Source of the DNA: Chloroflexota bacterium
GTDB taxonomy: Bacteria; Chloroflexota; Chloroflexia; QHBQ01
DNA: 64,000 nt
NCBI GenBank assembly: GCA_043754535.1
Contig: JAYUUN010000113.1
Coordinates: 1 to 64,000, forward strand
Direction: 5' to 3'
The notes beneath the pieces were generated by a model, which was not told the DNA's origin, searched no databases, and worked only from the letters and a program-made list of their open reading frames with translations. Below are positions 27,561-38,100 of the stretch, one piece after another. The translations under genes and the position numbers were made by a program. Position 1 is the first letter of the stretch. Each line of letters starts with the position of its first letter.

Positions 27561-29039
27561 ATGAATGTTGATTTTAGCGGCCCCGGACTGCCCCGCGTTT
27601 ACGCCGCTGGTAGCCACAGCGAGGTGGAGCGAGCGAGCGAGCTAGAGTGCGCCCGCTCTATCCGTGACCAGGTGGTTAGCGAATTGGAGGAGACGATCCG
27701 CCACTCGCCCTCGCCGATCCGAGCGATGGCCCGCATGGTGATTGAGGTTACGCGGGCGATGCACGAGGCGGGGATCAGCCAAGCGGTGATCGAGAAGCAG
27801 GTGATCAACCGCACGATAGGTGACGTGGATGTGCGCCGCATACGGGAACGCGAGCCGGGAGCTAGCCCCGGCAGCCTGGGCGACTACAGCACCATTGGCG
27901 AAGACCTTGGGCTGATCCTACCGGGCGAGAGCCTGAACGGTATGCTCAGCGAGGGGCGTGGCTACGAGGAGATGCGCCGCCGCATGACTGGGGTAGAGCG
28001 GCGGCTGCTGCGCGACTACCAGTTTGACGTGCGGATGTACGACGTGTACGGGGTGGGCAACCCGCTGCTCCGCTCCATGCTGGCTGAAAGCTGGCAGCAA
28101 CTCTATGGCCTGCCGCTCAAGACCGAGCGTACCTTCGTTAGCATTGGCGCACTTGATGGCCTGGACAAGACGATCCGCACCCTCAAGCTGTACTTTGGCA
28201 GGCAGTATGCCGAGCAGCCCGCGATCTGCTTCCCCTCCCCCGGCTTTGCGGTCGTCCTCTGGCAGGCGCAGGCGAACGACGTAGAGGTGATCAACTACGC
28301 TACCAGGGAGGAGCAGAGCTTCAAGTTGACTGGCGCGGAGATGAGCCGCCTTTTGCAAGAACACGCCAACCTGAGGATGCTCTACCTCACCGTCAGCAAC
28401 AACCCGACCGCCTTCGACTATGAGGCGGACGAGTTGCGGGCGATCTTTGCTGCCATTGCCGCTGATGGCCGCGAGATGGCGATCCTGGCCGACACCGCTT
28501 ACATCGGTACGGGCGAGCCTGCCGCCGACGCAGAGCGGATGCGCGCCTTCAACACGGTGATTGGCGGCTTCGACGTGCTGGCCCACACTATCTTCGTCAA
28601 CAGCTTCTCCAAAATCTGCACCCTCACTGGCGACCGCTTCGGCTGGGTCAGCACTGGCAACCAGCAGTATGCCGACGCGATGCAGGTGACCTGGAACAAC
28701 ACGATGGCCGGGATGCCCGCCGAGTGGCAACTACGCTACACCGCAATGATAGATGTACTCAATGAGCGGCCCTGGATTCAGGAGAAGGTGCGCTGTCTCT
28801 ACCGCTACCGCCGCGCTGCCCTGCGCCGAGAGTTGGCGGCGATCAATGCCCAGCACCACGTCTTCGCCAGCATCGGCCTTGACGATGACGCGACGATCTA
28901 TAACTGGAGTAAGCTGGTTCCTGGCGAAGATGTTATCACCCTGTTCCGCAAGACTGGGCTGGCGGCAGTAGACGGCTCTGGCTTTGGCTACGACAAGTCG
29001 TACATCCGCTGCTCAGTTGGTATCCACCCAGCAGAGTAG
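27561..29039 (+). CDS. PLP-dependent fold-type I enzyme (aminotransferase class I/II-like)
   Basis: SNNPT, ADTAY, SFSKICTLTGDRFGW (PLP Lys), YIRCS; ATG after GAGGAAG. Confidence 0.85.
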   Translation: MNVDFSGPGLPRVYAAGSHSEVERASELECARSIRDQVVSELEETIRHSPSPIRAMARMVIEVTRAMHEAGISQAVIEKQVINRTIGDVDVRRIREREPGASPGSLGDYSTIGEDLGLILPGESLNGMLSEGRGYEEMRRRMTGVERRLLRDYQFDVRMYDVYGVGNPLLRSMLAESWQQLYGLPLKTERTFVSIGALDGLDKTIRTLKLYFGRQYAEQPAICFPSPGFAVVLWQAQANDVEVINYATREEQSFKLTGAEMSRLLQEHANLRMLYLTVSNNPTAFDYEADELRAIFAAIAADGREMAILADTAYIGTGEPAADAERMRAFNTVIGGFDVLAHTIFVNSFSKICTLTGDRFGWVSTGNQQYADAMQVTWNNTMAGMPAEWQLRYTAMIDVLNERPWIQEKVRCLYRYRRAALRRELAAINAQHHVFASIGLDDDATIYNWSKLVPGEDVITLFRKTGLAAVDGSGFGYDKSYIRCSVGIHPAE

Positions 29040-29177
29040 GCGGACGGCGTGAGCTGCGCGGTACTCCCCTCGGCCATGCATAAAGAAGTAGAGCAGATGA
29101 GAAACAGGTTAGAATAACAAGGGCTGCCACAGGCACAATCGATCCTTCTATTTCACTAGCTCAGCCAAATATAGCCC

Positions 29178-29206
29178 TTGCACGTCACCGCCAAACATGA
29201 TATAGT
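29178..29206 (+). promoter_or_regulatory. sigma70 promoter
   Basis: TTGCAC-17-TATAGT with TG extension. Confidence 0.6.
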
Positions 29207-29296
29207 GCCGCCGGGCGTATGGGGGCAGCATCGGCTGCTGCTTACCTGCATTTGTAGCACCCCGGTCAACAATGGTGGAAGTGAAAGGATGTTCGC

Positions 29297-31201
29297 TTGG
29301 CAAAGCGCAATCACCGGGCATCGTTGCCCCTGGCTATCCTCGGCCTGCTCCTACTCATCCTCAGCCCCCTGGCCGTCTCAACCCACACCAGTGCCAGTCC
29401 CACGCTGCTCCCCTCTGCTACTACTTCTCCCTCTGCTGCTCGCACCACAGCTATCGCCACCCCAGTGCTGCTGCTGCTGGCGACCCAGCCACGCTTCACC
29501 TTCGACCAAACCGATCAAGTAGTCACCGGCCAGTTCCTCATCTTCTGGCAGGCGAACGGTGGCCTGCTCGCCTTTGGCTACCCAATCAGCCCCGTGCTGC
29601 TGGAACAGGGCTACCAGGTGCAATACTTCGAGCGGCAACGCTTCGAGTACCACCCAGAGGAGGCTGGCACGCAGTACGAGGTGCAGCTTGGCCTGCTAGG
29701 GACGGAGATGGCGCGGGCGCAGGGCCGCAACTTCAACCCACCCAACCCCACCAATGCCGCCACCCGTACTAGCAACCAGGCCTACTTCGCCGAGACCAAA
29801 AGGCTGGTTGCCAGCCCCTTCTATCCGTACTGGCAGGCTAACGGAGCAAGCCGTGGCCTGCGCCTCTATGGCCTGCCGATCAGCGACGAGTTCATCGAGG
29901 GCAACCTGATCGTGCAGTTCTTTGAGCGGGCGCGCTTCGAGCGGCCCCTCAGCAAGCTGCGGCCCAGCACCAACGACGTGCAGCTAGCCCTGCTCGGCAC
30001 TGACTACTATCGGTTTCGCACTACAGGGGCGACTGCGGCTAGCCCTCCTGCCGCCAACCCTGCTGCGCCACCTACCCTCAGCCCCAGTGCTATCGTGATC
30101 CCCTCGGCGACTGCCAGCCCCACCGCCACGCCAACCCCCACCGGCGGCGCGGGTGGCTACCCCTTCCTCAGCGGCCCGCACGTTGGTGGCGGCCTGATCG
30201 CCCAGATATATGGTCAGGATAAGGGTCGCGTAATGGCGACCACCAAGGGGGCCAATTTCAGTTGGCTCAAGCAGCAGATACTCTGGAAGGACACCGAGAA
30301 CCCGAAGGGAACCTTCTACTGGGGTGAGTTGGATAACATTGTCAACGCGGCCAATGCTGCGGGCATCAACTTGATGATTAACGTAGACAAAGCTCCCATC
30401 TGGGCGCGCGCGCCAGAGGAGGTCGCCCGCGAGCCAGATGGCTACCCAGTCAATGCTGATGACATGGCAGACTTCATGGCGGCAATGGCCGACCGCTATC
30501 AGGGGCGCATCCGAGCCTACGAAATCTGGAACGAGGCTAACCTGCACAACGAGAGCGGGCGGGCGATTGACCCCGGCTTCTACGTAGAGATGCTGGCAAA
30601 GAGCTACCACGCCGTCAAGAGCCACGACCCCAACGCTATCATCATCCTCGGTGCGGCCTCACCCACCGGGGTGAACGAGCCAGGGTTGGCAATGAACGAC
30701 GTAGATTACACCGAGCAACTTTTCCAGTACAAGGGTGGCATGGTGCGCCACTACTACGACGTGTTGGGTGTCCACCCTTACGGCTACAACAATCCGCCAG
30801 AGACACTCTGGCCCGACCAGCCCAGCCCCGCGAAGGAGTACAAGACCCACCCCAGCTTCTACTTCCGCCGCGTCGAGCAGATTCGGGCAGTGCAGGAGAA
30901 GTATGGCGATGGCGAGAAACAAATCTGGGTCACAGAGTACGGTTGGTGCAGCGACAAACGGCCAGGCGGCTTCGGTGGCTGCGAGGAGTTGGATGAGCGG
31001 CAGGTAGCGGACTTCCTGGTGCGCGCTAACCGACTGGCCCGCGACAAGTACCCCTGGATGGGGCCGATGTTCCTGTGGAACCTCAACTTCTCCACCTTCC
31101 TGCCCTGGTACGACGGCCCTAGCCACTTCAGCCTGGTCAACGCCGACTGGTCACCCCGCCCGTCCTACAACGCGATGCACGATTTGCTAGCCAAACCGTA
31201 A
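29297..31201 (+). CDS. Secreted clan-A glycoside hydrolase (GH5/GH39-like) with Chloroflexota surface repeats
   Basis: Signal peptide; FGYPIS..VQYFERQRFE repeats; YEIWNE acid/base and WVTEYGW nucleophile. Confidence 0.85.
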   Translation: MAKRNHRASLPLAILGLLLLILSPLAVSTHTSASPTLLPSATTSPSAARTTAIATPVLLLLATQPRFTFDQTDQVVTGQFLIFWQANGGLLAFGYPISPVLLEQGYQVQYFERQRFEYHPEEAGTQYEVQLGLLGTEMARAQGRNFNPPNPTNAATRTSNQAYFAETKRLVASPFYPYWQANGASRGLRLYGLPISDEFIEGNLIVQFFERARFERPLSKLRPSTNDVQLALLGTDYYRFRTTGATAASPPAANPAAPPTLSPSAIVIPSATASPTATPTPTGGAGGYPFLSGPHVGGGLIAQIYGQDKGRVMATTKGANFSWLKQQILWKDTENPKGTFYWGELDNIVNAANAAGINLMINVDKAPIWARAPEEVAREPDGYPVNADDMADFMAAMADRYQGRIRAYEIWNEANLHNESGRAIDPGFYVEMLAKSYHAVKSHDPNAIIILGAASPTGVNEPGLAMNDVDYTEQLFQYKGGMVRHYYDVLGVHPYGYNNPPETLWPDQPSPAKEYKTHPSFYFRRVEQIRAVQEKYGDGEKQIWVTEYGWCSDKRPGGFGGCEELDERQVADFLVRANRLARDKYPWMGPMFLWNLNFSTFLPWYDGPSHFSLVNADWSPRPSYNAMHDLLAKP

Positions 31202-31204
31202 CAT

Positions 31205-31233
31205 TTTACAATGCTAGCTAGTTAGTGTAGAAT
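31205..31233 (+). promoter_or_regulatory. sigma70 promoter for pspA
   Basis: TTTACA-17-TAGAAT. Confidence 0.7.
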
Positions 31234-31383
31234 AGAGCCGTGCTGAGGTCTGCAACCTTTGGCCCCCAGCCTGCGTATGTAAAACCGAGTGCGTCCGAAC
31301 CCGGCGTTCGGCCACCACCAACCCGCGAAGCAGAGTAGCTTGCTTGCTGCCAGGCAGCGAATAGGAAAGGACGGCAATACAGC

Positions 31384-32118
31384 ATGGGTATTTTCGACCG
31401 TATCGGCACCATCCTCAGTGCCAACATCAACGACATGATCGACCACGCTGAAGACCCGGAGAAGATGCTTAACCAGCTAATCCGCGACATGGCCGAGCAG
31501 ATCACCGAGGCCCGCGGCCAGGTAGCCGAGATGCTCGCCCAGCAGAAGCTGCTGGAGAACGAGGTCAACGAGAGCCGCAGCAACTCGCAGCAGTGGAACA
31601 GCAAGGCCGAGCAGGCCGTGCGCGCCAGCAAGGACGATCTCGCCCGCGAAGCCCTGCGCCGCAAGAACGACTACGACCAGCAGGTGACGCTCTACCAGCA
31701 GCAGTTGGAGACCCAGACCGCCACCGTCAACCGCCTGCGGAGCCAGTTCGAGGCTCTCCAGAACAAGTACGACAGCACTGTTCGCAACCGTGATGGCCTG
31801 ATTGCCCGCCACCGCGCCGCCAAGGCCTCGCAGCAGATCAGCGGCACAATGCAGAACCTGGGTACCGCTGACTACACCAGCGACCTCAAGCGCATGGAGG
31901 AGCGGATCAACATGGAGACCGCCCGCGCCCAGGCTGGCGCAGAGATGACCGACCTCGCCACCGATAACACCGACCAGCAGTTCAATGACCTCTCTGACAA
32001 GAGCGCAATCGACGACCAACTGGCTGCCCTCAAGGCGAAGGTTGGCAGTGGCAGCAGTAGTGCCGGAGCCTCGACTACCAACCTGCACGGCGGCAGCAGC
32101 TACGACCCCAGCAAGTAG
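31384..32118 (+). CDS. pspA: PspA/IM30 family protein
   Basis: MGIFDRI..ILSANIN..ID.AEDPEKML.Q.IRDM, DLAREALRRK, coiled coil. Confidence 0.95.
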   Translation: MGIFDRIGTILSANINDMIDHAEDPEKMLNQLIRDMAEQITEARGQVAEMLAQQKLLENEVNESRSNSQQWNSKAEQAVRASKDDLAREALRRKNDYDQQVTLYQQQLETQTATVNRLRSQFEALQNKYDSTVRNRDGLIARHRAAKASQQISGTMQNLGTADYTSDLKRMEERINMETARAQAGAEMTDLATDNTDQQFNDLSDKSAIDDQLAALKAKVGSGSSSAGASTTNLHGGSSYDPSK

Positions 32119-32136
32119 TAGCCCTCGCCCCGCTCG

Positions 32137-32172
32137 ATGCCCCTTCCCCCTGGCAGGTGGGAGGGGCATTTT
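32137..32172 (+). terminator. Intrinsic terminator after pspA
   Basis: ATGCCCCTTCCC...GGGAGGGGCAT followed by a T run. Confidence 0.7.
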
Positions 32173-32266
32173 GCGCCCCGCCAGTACCCATTCAGCGGCA
32201 GATGCGGTATAATCCCTCTGCACAAGAAGCGATCCGCTAGTTCTGGTTTGGGGGGAGGGGAGCAAG

Positions 32267-32794
32267 ATGGCTGAGATTCTGACGGCCCCAGAGATGGTGC
32301 GTACCCTACGGCGCAAGCTCCGTGAGCGGGAGGCGGCCAGCCCTCCCCTGCGTACCGTCTTCACCAACGGCGCGTTCGACCTGCTGCACGTCGGCCACCT
32401 GCGCTACCTGCGGACCGCCCGCGCCCTCGGCGACCTGCTGATCGTCGGCCTCAACAGCGATCAGTCTGTGCGAACCTACAAAGACCCGCGCCGCCCGCTC
32501 GTACCAGAGGGCGAGCGGGCAGAATTGCTGGCTGCCCTGGATTGCGTAGACTACGTGGTGATCTTCGGCGAGACAACCGCCAGCAAGCTGATTGAGATGC
32601 TGCGGCCCACGATCTATGTCAAGGGGGGCGACTACGCGGTGGAAGCGGGCCGCGAAGGTAAGCCGCTGCCAGAGTTGGCGGCAGTGGCGGGTTATGGCGG
32701 GGAGGTGCGGATCGTGCCGCTGGTCGCAGGCCGCTCGACCAGCCAGATTGTGCAGACCATCCTGGCCCGCTACGGCAGCGAGGCTGCCTCTTGA
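32267..32794 (+). CDS. RfaE domain II-like adenylyl/cytidylyltransferase
   Basis: VFTNGAFDLLHVGH, VGLNSD.SV, YVKGGDY, GRSTS. Confidence 0.9.
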   Translation: MAEILTAPEMVRTLRRKLREREAASPPLRTVFTNGAFDLLHVGHLRYLRTARALGDLLIVGLNSDQSVRTYKDPRRPLVPEGERAELLAALDCVDYVVIFGETTASKLIEMLRPTIYVKGGDYAVEAGREGKPLPELAAVAGYGGEVRIVPLVAGRSTSQIVQTILARYGSEAAS

Positions 32795-34425
32795 GCAGCA
32801 CCAGACCGACTGGCCCAGAGGTCAGCTCCGATGATAGTGACATTAGCAGCAGCGAGGTAGCCGAGGCCCAGGTTGGGCTGGGCCGCAGCATTGCTACCGC
32901 CGCTGTGATCATCATGCTGGGTAATATCTTCAGCCGCCTGCTTGGGCTGGGCCGTGAGGTAGTGGTTGCCCAGCTTTATGGCACCACCGACGCAACGGCG
33001 GCCTTCACTATCGCGGGCAATCTCAGCACGATCACCTACGATCTGCTGGTCAGTGGGGTAGTATCCGCCGCCTTGGTGCCAGTGTTCAGCGAACTGGCAG
33101 GGCGCAGCCGCGAGGAGTTGTGGCGGGTTGCCAGCACGATCCTCAGCCTGGTCGTCGTCGGCCTGACCGCGATAGTCGCGCTGATGATGGTCTTTGCTGG
33201 GCCGCTGGCTGGGGTGATGGCAAGCCAGTTCAGCCCCAGCCAATTGAGCCTGACCGCCAGCCTGATCCTGGTGGTGTTGCCAGGAGTAGTCTTCCTCGGC
33301 ATCTCCGCCGTGTTCATGTCGCTACTTTATGCCTTGCAACGCTTCAGCTTCCCCGCCTTCGCGCCCGCTCTGCTCAACCTGGGGGTGATCGCTTGCGGCT
33401 TCCTATTCTTCGACCCACGCAATCCCTTCGGCCTGGCTCTCGGCATGAGTGTAGGGTCGGTGCTGATGGTCGCCCTGCAACTGGTGGGCCTGCGTGACAG
33501 CCGCTTGCGCTTCAGCCTCGACTTCAGCCACCCAGCAATCCGCAAGATCGGCAAGCTCTACCTGCCGGTCGCCCTGGGCCTGATCGTCACCGAAACAGGT
33601 ATCATCATCGACCGCAATCTCGCCTCCCCATACCCGGCTGGCCTCGCAGCGATGCGCTTTGCGACCACGCTGGTGCAGTTTGCGCTCGGCCTGATCGCAG
33701 CAGCGATCAGCATTGCCGTGCTGCCCACCCTCTCGCGGCAGGCGGCGGCAGGCGACGATGGAGCCTACAAGCGCACGCTGGCAAGCGGCCTGCGCCTGGT
33801 GATCGCCCTGATCATCCCCGCCTCGTTCGCCCTCGCCTGCTTCGGCGCACCGATCATCGCGCTCGCCTTCCAGCGTGGCGCGTTCGACGAAGCGGCCAAG
33901 TGGCGCACCACCCTGGCCCTGCTCTGCTACGCCCCCGGCACACCCTTCGCCGCTGTTGACCAACTGCTGATCTTCGCCTTCTACGCCCGCCAGAACACCA
34001 AGACCCCCGTGCTGGTTGGCATCGGCAGCGTGCTGGCCTACCTTGTAGCCGCCACCTTGCTGGTTGGGCCGTTCACCTTCGCGGGCCTGGCCCTGGCCGA
34101 TAGCGTGAAGCAGACCTGCCACGCTGTGGTCAGTTTCGGGCTGCTGGCAGGGGCGGTCGGCGGCCTACGTGGGCTGGGCCTGGGCATTACTACCCTGAAG
34201 GCGACCCTGGCCGCGACCCTAATGGGGCTGGTAGGTAGTAGCGTGTGGCTGGCCCTCGATGGGCGGCTGGGGGTTGGCTTGCTCGCCAACCTGCTCACCT
34301 TCGCCCTCGTCACTGCCGCTGCGGGTGTGACCTACCTGGGGGCGGCGGCGATCCTGCGCCTCGGCGAACTACAGATGCTTTGGGGGCTGGCGCGGGGGCG
34401 GCTCAGGCGGACGAGCGCACGGTAG
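32791..34425 (+). CDS. murJ: MurJ/MviN lipid II flippase family protein
   Basis: SRLLGLGRE, SAALVPVF, LPTLS, FYARQNTKTP; about 14 TM. Confidence 0.93.
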   Translation: MSSTRPTGPEVSSDDSDISSSEVAEAQVGLGRSIATAAVIIMLGNIFSRLLGLGREVVVAQLYGTTDATAAFTIAGNLSTITYDLLVSGVVSAALVPVFSELAGRSREELWRVASTILSLVVVGLTAIVALMMVFAGPLAGVMASQFSPSQLSLTASLILVVLPGVVFLGISAVFMSLLYALQRFSFPAFAPALLNLGVIACGFLFFDPRNPFGLALGMSVGSVLMVALQLVGLRDSRLRFSLDFSHPAIRKIGKLYLPVALGLIVTETGIIIDRNLASPYPAGLAAMRFATTLVQFALGLIAAAISIAVLPTLSRQAAAGDDGAYKRTLASGLRLVIALIIPASFALACFGAPIIALAFQRGAFDEAAKWRTTLALLCYAPGTPFAAVDQLLIFAFYARQNTKTPVLVGIGSVLAYLVAATLLVGPFTFAGLALADSVKQTCHAVVSFGLLAGAVGGLRGLGLGITTLKATLAATLMGLVGSSVWLALDGRLGVGLLANLLTFALVTAAAGVTYLGAAAILRLGELQMLWGLARGRLRRTSAR

Positions 34426-34442
34426 CATTATAGCTTGAGTAC

Positions 34443-34480
34443 AAAAGCGAACCCCCACCTGTCTCCGGGTGGGGGTTTTG
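34443..34480. terminator. Bidirectional intrinsic terminator
   Basis: AACCCCCACC...GGTGGGGGTT stem flanked by A and T runs, between convergent genes. Confidence 0.8.
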
Positions 34481-34505
34481 CTGTTTAGGCTGGGGTGAGG
34501 GTGGC

Positions 34506-35148
34506 TTACCTGCGCTTTGCGCTCAGGCGGCCATCGCCACCGTAGTGTACGCCTTCGACGGGCATGATTGCCAGGGCAGGGCTGCCAGTCAGCACCCCAG
34601 TAACCACAAGGTTGAGCGTGTCGCGCTCCTCAATGAGGAAGTTCGGCACTACCAACACTGGGCTGGGCTGGCCGTCAAAGCTCAGGGTGACAGTGAAAAC
34701 GCCGGGGTCAACTGCTCGGTAGGCACTGGCTGTGCCGTAGCCGACATTTGTACCAACGATCTCGTCGCCAGCGTAGATACTCAACTTGGGTGAACCGGGA
34801 ACCAGGTTGGTGGCTTGCACTCGCGACGTTTCCGGCAGCGTACGACTGTAGTCATTGGTCAGCAGGAAATGCTGCACTACGGCGTTGTTGGCCGCAGAGT
34901 TGATCACGAAGTAGGTGTAGCTGGTGCCAGGTGCCAGTTCAACACTGTTGTTCAACACCTGACTGGCGTTGCCCGCGTCGTTGACCCGAACCTGGATGTT
35001 GCCAGGGGCGACCGAGAACCGCTCGGTGAAGGCTGCATCCGTTGTGGTGTAGGGCAGTTCGGCCCCGGCCCGGTGGCTGTTAAACCAACACAGCCAGCAC
35101 TGCTAGCGCACTGCTGGCCGCGTGGACGAAGCGGATGTTGGCAATCAC
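34506..35148 (-). pseudogene. Frameshifted DUF4397-domain gene
   Basis: GTG at 35148 (TAGTG overlap) gives IANIRFVHAASSALAV. One extra base near 35085-35100 separates this from the frame WFNSH...VELAPGTSYTYFV...RVQATNLVPGSP that runs to 34506. Confidence 0.7.
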
Positions 35149-38100
35149 TATCTATCCAGGGTCTCAATCGCTCGGCGTACGACCTTGCTCAACTCGCCAC
35201 GCTTGATGTTGTCGTTCGGGCGGAAGCAGAGGCTGGTGCCACAAGGTGCGCCGTTGATAATCCCCCGGCTCACCAGTGTCTCAACTGCTGCGTAACCGAA
35301 GGCATTCACTGGCACGTCGCGGAAGGTGGGGTTGTCTGGGGTGAAGATTACGTAGTTGCGGGCGCGTTGCACGATCACCACCACTTGTACGCGGCTGATC
35401 TGCACGTTGGGGCCGTAGCAGGTACCGGGCGTGCCGAGGGCAGCGCACTGGGCAGCCGAGAGGCCATTGACCACCCCAGCAGCGGCGGCAGCTTCGATGT
35501 ACTGGTAGAACAGGTTGGTGGTCGGCACGTCCACGAAGGTCGTGCTGGTTGGGCTGAAGGGCGGGAGGCCAAAGCCGATGGTGGTGATCTTGGCGAACTC
35601 GCCGCGGCTGGCGTTGGCGTTCGGGCGGAACAGACCGTTCGCCCCGCTAACCACGCCACGGCAGGCCAGGAAGCGGATGTCGCTGTAGAACAGGTTGCTG
35701 GTCAGCACGTCGGTGAAGTTGATGTCGCAGGGGGGGGCAGTTGCTGTTGCCGTGCCGGTTATTGTCACCGTGCCAGTCATCGTCGCTGTGCCAGTTACGG
35801 TTACGGTGCCAGTCATCGTCGCTGGGTCAATTACGGTCACGGTGCCAGTTACGGTCGCCGTACCAGTCACGGTCGCTGTGCCAGTTACAGTCGGCGTAGA
35901 TGTGGGTGGGATGGTAGTTACAGTGGGGGTAGCAATGCGGGGCAGCGGGTTGGTGAACTGGATCGCAGTGCTATTCGTTACTGCATTGTAGATGCCGTAG
36001 GAGAACTCGAAGCCGTCAGTGCCGCTGCCATTCTCCAAACCAACGGTGTAGAGGCTGTTGGCGCGGCCATTGCCGTTGTTCAGCGTGTTGTACTGGTAGG
36101 TGATGTTGCTGGTTGCCTCGTCAAGGATCGCCTCGAAGGTCAGCGAACCGTCGCTGTTGAACTTTTGCACGTTGCGCCACTCGACCACGTACTTGCGGTT
36201 GGGGGCGGTGCCAACCACGCTGGTGTACACGTCGCCGGTGTTGACCAGGGTGAGGTCTAGCCAGTAAGGGTAGAGCGCATCGTTGGGCAGGTAAGGAACG
36301 GGGATGTGGCCGCCACCCTCAACCCAGCTTGGATTGCCACTGAACTGGAGGTAGCCGTTGGTGCTGATGCCCACCGTGTAGTGCTGGCTGCCGTAAAGGT
36401 CGAAGGCGAAGGGCAGGGCAGCAGCGTACCAGCCATCATCGCGGGCCGGGAAGCGGTAGCCAACCCAGCTAGCGATCACATTGGTTGCGCTGATCCAGTT
36501 GTAGGCCACGGCCTGGCAGGTGTAGCCAGTCGTATCCTGCTTGATCGTGGTGGTGAAGGTGTAGATCGCGGGGCTGGCCGTGTTGATCGTCACCGTCACA
36601 GGTCGCAGACAGTTGTTCTCTGGCCGGGCGACCATCACGAAGTTCTCAGTGTTGGGCAGGGTGAGATTGAAGGTGGTACCAGTGATCGGCTGGAGAGGGG
36701 TTTCGGGGGCGTAGAAGGTCCCAGTGATCGGCAAGCCATTGTAGATTAGCCGCCCCTGGATGTTGGTGGGTAGGTCAATCGGCAAGGTGAAGTTCTGGGT
36801 CAGGGTGGTGCCGACGGTCACGGTCAAGTTAGCGGTCTGCCCAGCATAGCCCCACTCCTTCGCGTAGAGGCTGTAGTTGCCAGCTGGCAGCACCATAGTG
36901 TAGTAGCCAGTTGCATCTACCGCACTACTAGGCAGGGCGGAGCCGAGCAGGGTCAAGCGGGCGGCAGCGATGCCGTTGCCAGTATTACCAGCGACGACGC
37001 GGCCCACGATGGTGCCGTTGGTCGAGGAGATCGAGTTGGCGGCGGCCAGCACGTCGAGGCGGCCCCAGCCATAGTTGTTGTTGGGGCGCGTTCCCATTGC
37101 GGTGGTGAAGTAGGCGGTGCTGGTCAGCACGTTCTTTAGCTGCTGCACGGTCAGGCCGCGGTTCTTGCTGAGGAGCAGGGCCACCGCGCCGGTGTTGTGC
37201 GGGCCAGCCATAGAGGTACCACTGAGGTTGCCATAGCCATTAGGGGGGATGCTGGAACGAACGTTGGTACCAGGGGCGGCCAATTGCGGCTTAATGCTGC
37301 CATCAATCGGGCTGGGGCCACGACTGCTAAAGCTAGCAATGTTGTCGTTGGTGTTGCCACTTGCGCCTACGCCAAAGCTCTCTGGGTAGCTGGCGGGGCT
37401 GCCGACGGTGCCAGCACCAGGGCCGTTGTTGCCGTTGGAGAAGTTGGGGAAGATGCCAGCGTTGATCCACTGCGGAACCGCCTGGCGGAAGCCCTCGTCG
37501 GTGCCGTCGTCGCTACCCCACGAGTTGTTGACAACCTGGGGGCGTAGTTCAGGACGAGCGGCGGTGCCATCGCGCTTAGTGGGAGCCAGCATGAACTGGG
37601 CGCACTTGAGCAGTTCGTTGCTCGTGCCACCGAAGTCGGCCAGACCTGCGCAGCCGATCCAGTTGGCTTTCGGCGCGACCCCGATCTGGTTGCCCGCTCC
37701 GTCGTCGCCGACAATCGTGCCAGCGGTGTGGGTACCGTGGCTCCCGTAATCGAGCGGCACCTGCACCCCATAGACCGCGTCTAGCCAGTTGTAATCGTGG
37801 CCGGGCAGCACGGTAGTGCCGCGATACTGGTTGACCAGGGCCGGGTGGTCGTACTGCTGACCGTCGTCAATGTCGCCGACGGTGATGCCCTGACCGAGGT
37901 AGCCCTGCGCCCAAACCGAAGGCGCGCCGATGCGGGTTAGGCCCGGCTCTGGGCCAACTAGCGGCGCGTCTTTGGCGACCACGAGCGGCTCAATCGTGTA
38001 GTGGTGCATGGACTGGATGTAGCGTACATCGCTGCGGGCCGCCAGGCTGTAGATGCTGCTAGCTTTGCCCGTAACCGCAATGGCGTTGACGATGTAGAAG

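Noticed and set aside
31240..31340. Resemblance to the c-di-AMP (ydaO) riboswitch (GCTGA...CCGAACCCG...AACC)
   Set aside because: The G-rich pairing segments are missing and CCGAAC is taken up in a local hairpin; kept only as a generic structured leader.
32267..32794. Evidence of LPS biosynthesis
   Set aside because: No lipid A, Kdo or heptosyltransferase genes are in the window, and the family also occurs in monoderms.
35745..35895. Tandem repeats here and at about 11270-11312 and 60350-60430 as possible CRISPR arrays
   Set aside because: They are in-frame low-complexity linker repeats without unique spacers, and no cas genes are present.
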